A stretch of DNA of 64,000 nucleotides. Origin: Oikopleura dioica. Its lineage: Eukaryota > Animalia > Chordata. Made by a program: the position numbers and the translations under genes. How positions within the stretch are numbered: position 1 is the first letter of the stretch; each line of letters opens with the position of its first letter. The stretch covers positions 10,912,001 through 10,976,000 of the forward strand of contig OU015566.1 of assembly GCA_907165135.1 (NCBI GenBank), read 5' to 3'. The notes under the pieces are model-generated. The model was not told the DNA's origin. It did no database searches and saw only the letters and a list, made by a program, of their open reading frames with translations. Positions 61,113 through 64,000 of this stretch are shown here, in pieces.

Positions 61113-61732
61113 TTACTGATATCGATAGTTTAAAAAATCTTCGTTGAGTTCGATCTCAGACGAAAAGTAGGGTTCTCCACATTTTGGGCAGTCCATCGCT
61201 TCCGGCTCAAATGGGATGCAGTTGATGCAAATTGTGTGTTGGCAAAAGGGGATAATGCACATAATATGAGCGCCATCGTCAAACTAGAAATTTGTGTCAG
61301 AACAAGATATTTTCGTGTTGAAGAAATAGAGGTGACCGAGAGTTTTTTCCTTACCTTTTTCAAGCAAGAAGGGCAGGCGCTTCTGCACTCAATAGAATTG
61401 AGCTTGGTCAGAACTCGATGAGAAACAGTTTTCAAATCGTTTGACAGTCTCGCTAGATCCTTTCTCTCCGCCCGGAGACTTGTCTCAGCGATTGTCCGAT
61501 TCTCCGGTGGAATTTCTACTTGTCTGGCTGATCCATTCTGCTCACTTCGTTGGCGAAATTTGTACAGAAGAAGTGCAACGAGAACTAGAACTTCAACTGG
61601 GTTTATTAAAGCTGATTGCAGTCCAAAAATCTTACCGGCCACGATGATAACAAAAATTATCACGACAACATCTGTTCGAAATTGAAACGAATTTTGCTCA
61701 GGAGTAAATTTCTCCAAGATTTTCGGCATCAC
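61113..61732 (-). CDS. Membrane-anchored coiled-coil + RING finger protein
   Basis: Two hydrophobic segments, a short coiled coil, then CPSC|...CQHTICINC...CPKC joined by a GT-AG intron. True start uncertain. Confidence 0.7.
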
Positions 61733-62051
61733 AAAAGTGATACTCTTTTCTGACTAGTTTTTTCGAACGTACTTTTTCTTTTCATATTCCGAGTTATATA
61801 TCACGCAAGTACCACGCGCCACGGCTGAATAGCTCCATCGACAACATATTGGCGTACACGAGTCTATATCTTTTTCGTAATAAATTTTCTCTGGGCAATT
61901 ATATATTTTATGATACTGATAACTATGATGGTTGAAATAGAAAAATACAGAGTATTTTTCAGCATTTGCGATATCTTCCTTGATCTTTCTTTGGAAATGT
62001 CCGTTCCAATTATCAATTTTAGATAAATGAGATCGTGAGACGTCTGAAAAT

Positions 62052-64000
62052 ATGGTCGGGAATGAGCAGATTCTATATGATCGAATCGTTATCCCACAAG
62101 AATGGGAGAGCGAGACCACTGAGCGAAAAATTGAACCCGACAAAACGGTCCTGATATCTGTCGCAGGAACTCTAGCGCGAATCTTCTCTAATTTCAACAT
62201 CTTCAGCACGTCTGATACTCTAACAGTAAGTCTTTCTTTTTGAATTCTTCAATATCAATTTTCAGCTCCCATCAACGCTAGTTAAATTCATCTCTTCCTG
62301 TAACCCATGGCAAGTCTCTCGCTCTCCATGTGGCGAATTCCTCCTTATCATCCAACGAACCCATCTCGAGCTTCGATCATCCGCTGACGATTTTGAATCA
62401 TGTCGACGTTGCCAAATTCCAAAGGACAAAAACCCAGAGTGGCGGAAAGTCTTTTGGTCCGGCCGAGCTTGGAACAAGGGCCAAGGCGCATTTGCGCTGA
62501 CTCATTCTTCCGGGAAGATCTTTCTCTTCTCCCACGATCTTGTCATTGAAGGACGACTAGATAAACCGACGATGAACACGACTGCGGTGTTGAGCGATTC
62601 GCTGGCTGGGGTTTTCTTTCCAGAAATTTATCCTGGAAGAGTTTTCGCGGTTTATCGAAATAGCGAATTCGTTGTTTTTGAGATGGATAAAAAAGGAAGA
62701 TCCAGTATTGTGACCGAGGGGAGTTTAGGAGAGGGCAGCATAGTTATTGATATTTTATGACGAGTAAAGAATTATATTTATAAATAGCAATCAGAAAATT
62801 CTCTCTGACCATCCATCCTTCATAAATTTAAACAAAGAGACGAAGCGAACGAAGCTTCGAATTGAAAATTCATATACTAAGCAATCCAATTCAAATTACT
62901 AGCCTAGTAAAAGATCAGACATTTGGCGTTGAACATGCTATCTGGTCTGACGAGCATCAACTCCTCATCACCGTCGGAGGATCAAACGAAAGACAAGATA
63001 AGTTCTCTGGAACTGTGGCTTGGAGAATCGTTGACGATGAGACTTACGGAATTAATTTTTCCCGAGCAGCGCCGATTGTTGAAGGCTCAAAATTTTTGAC
63101 AAAAGTCGGGGGAACTCTCAGGAGTTTCTTGGGCGCAGCCGATATCCCTTGCTCGTATAATGTGTCCATATCTCCGGATCACTCAAAGGTAAGAGAAGAA
63201 GGCTTGAGTGATGATTTTGTAAACGCAAGATTACGTAAAGCTCCGTTTTGTGACAGTCATAATTGACATGTTGCTACTTATAAATGGAATAAACACTTGT
63301 TTGAAATAATTAAAATCCAATTATAAACAACGTCTGACTTTATGTAATCCAATCATTTCTTTTTTTATGCATTTTCATATATAATTATCAAAGGTGATCG
63401 TCACATCACTCGCAGGAGAGATTCTTCTCTTCTCTCTTCCCAATCTTTCACCAATTGGAAGCTGGAAGGTCGACGAATTTCCTTTTGCAAAAGAACTTCA
63501 CCCCGATCGAGCATGCTCTGTCCTTCTTGATAATGAAGTTCCCAGCGCACTCCAAACCATTCCGACGTCTATCACGTGGTGGGATGATGAGCATGTTATT
63601 TTGTCGAGGATCTGCGGGACTATTTCGATCCACTCGTTGGTTGACGATCTCGGGCTTGTTTCAGAAGTAGAGTGGGCCAGTCCATGGGCGTCCCTGTCTG
63701 ATGCCAAAGGAGGATCTGTTCTTGGACTGGAGTGCTCGATAAATGTGGAAAATAATTCAAAAGTGAGGGCTCCACGGTGACATTCTCATACCCACACTAC
63801 TAGTTATAGCAAATGCTATAAGAATTCTTATTTACTCATACACTTGGTGAAAACTTATTGACCTGATGTTTAATTTTTAAATCTGGCATCATTTTAGTAA
63901 CGGTGATAGAATAATAATTAAAGTTATTTTTCTATTTTCGGTGCGTTCATTTCATTAGCCTGTGAACAGATGATGATATTTTTATAAAGAAACATCCGTC
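62052..64000 (+). CDS. NBAS: NBAS (neuroblastoma-amplified sequence), 5' part; runs off the window
   Basis: EQILYDRIV..EWESET, LELRSSADDF, CQIPKDKNPEWRKVFWS, WWDDEHVILSRICG and GGSVLGLEC. Confidence 0.9.

Noticed and set aside
61754-62477. Minus-strand ORFs overlapping the NBAS start
   Set aside because: Largely antisense to NBAS exons with no recognisable domain; part may be an upstream exon of the RING gene, but this could not be supported.
1-64000. tRNA, rRNA, snRNA or SL RNA genes
   Set aside because: No cloverleaf with A/B boxes, rRNA signature or spliced-leader sequence recognised by eye; a covariance-model search would be needed to exclude them.

Overview
Compact eukaryotic genomic DNA, most likely from an appendicularian tunicate such as Oikopleura dioica. 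This is inferred from the 30-100 nt introns, several GC/GA/GG-AG splice donors, densely packed co-oriented genes with YAG|A-ATG junctions suggestive of operons and SL trans-splicing, and chordate-type orthologues. About 28 multi-exon genes are recognisable. Housekeeping genes include HADHB, TM9SF1, ATP6AP2, DNAJC5, SHQ1, RFT1, CANT1, PPP1R37, GPATCH11, HLCS and the 5' part of NBAS. Interspersed among them are lineage-specific genes: a calpain, three coiled-coil+RING proteins, an F-box/LRR protein, two non-RD kinases, a CUB serine protease and a Ly6/uPAR-like GPI protein. Six non-autonomous DNA elements have readable termini: hAT-type, piggyBac-type, two TA-flanked MITEs, a 9-bp-TSD foldback, and a TTAA element nested in it. 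Degraded element debris lies at about 0.5-2.8 kb and 6.2-10.3 kb. Top candidates for novelty: (1) a cytosolic kinase-pseudokinase-KEN ribonuclease (RNase L/IRE1-like, RNxxxH motif intact) with no ankyrin or luminal/TM sensor and extra KEN-like segments at its N-terminus (55.4-60.2 kb); (2) an unnamed ~140-aa C-terminal domain shared by a NEK-like kinase and a small dually acylated protein; (3) an SH3 domain apparently fused to a voltage-sensing phosphatase; (4) a hAT MITE inside a coding exon that could be spliced out as a non-canonical intron. All gene models and family alignments were made by eye and from remembered reference sequences; no searches were run, so exon boundaries are approximate.
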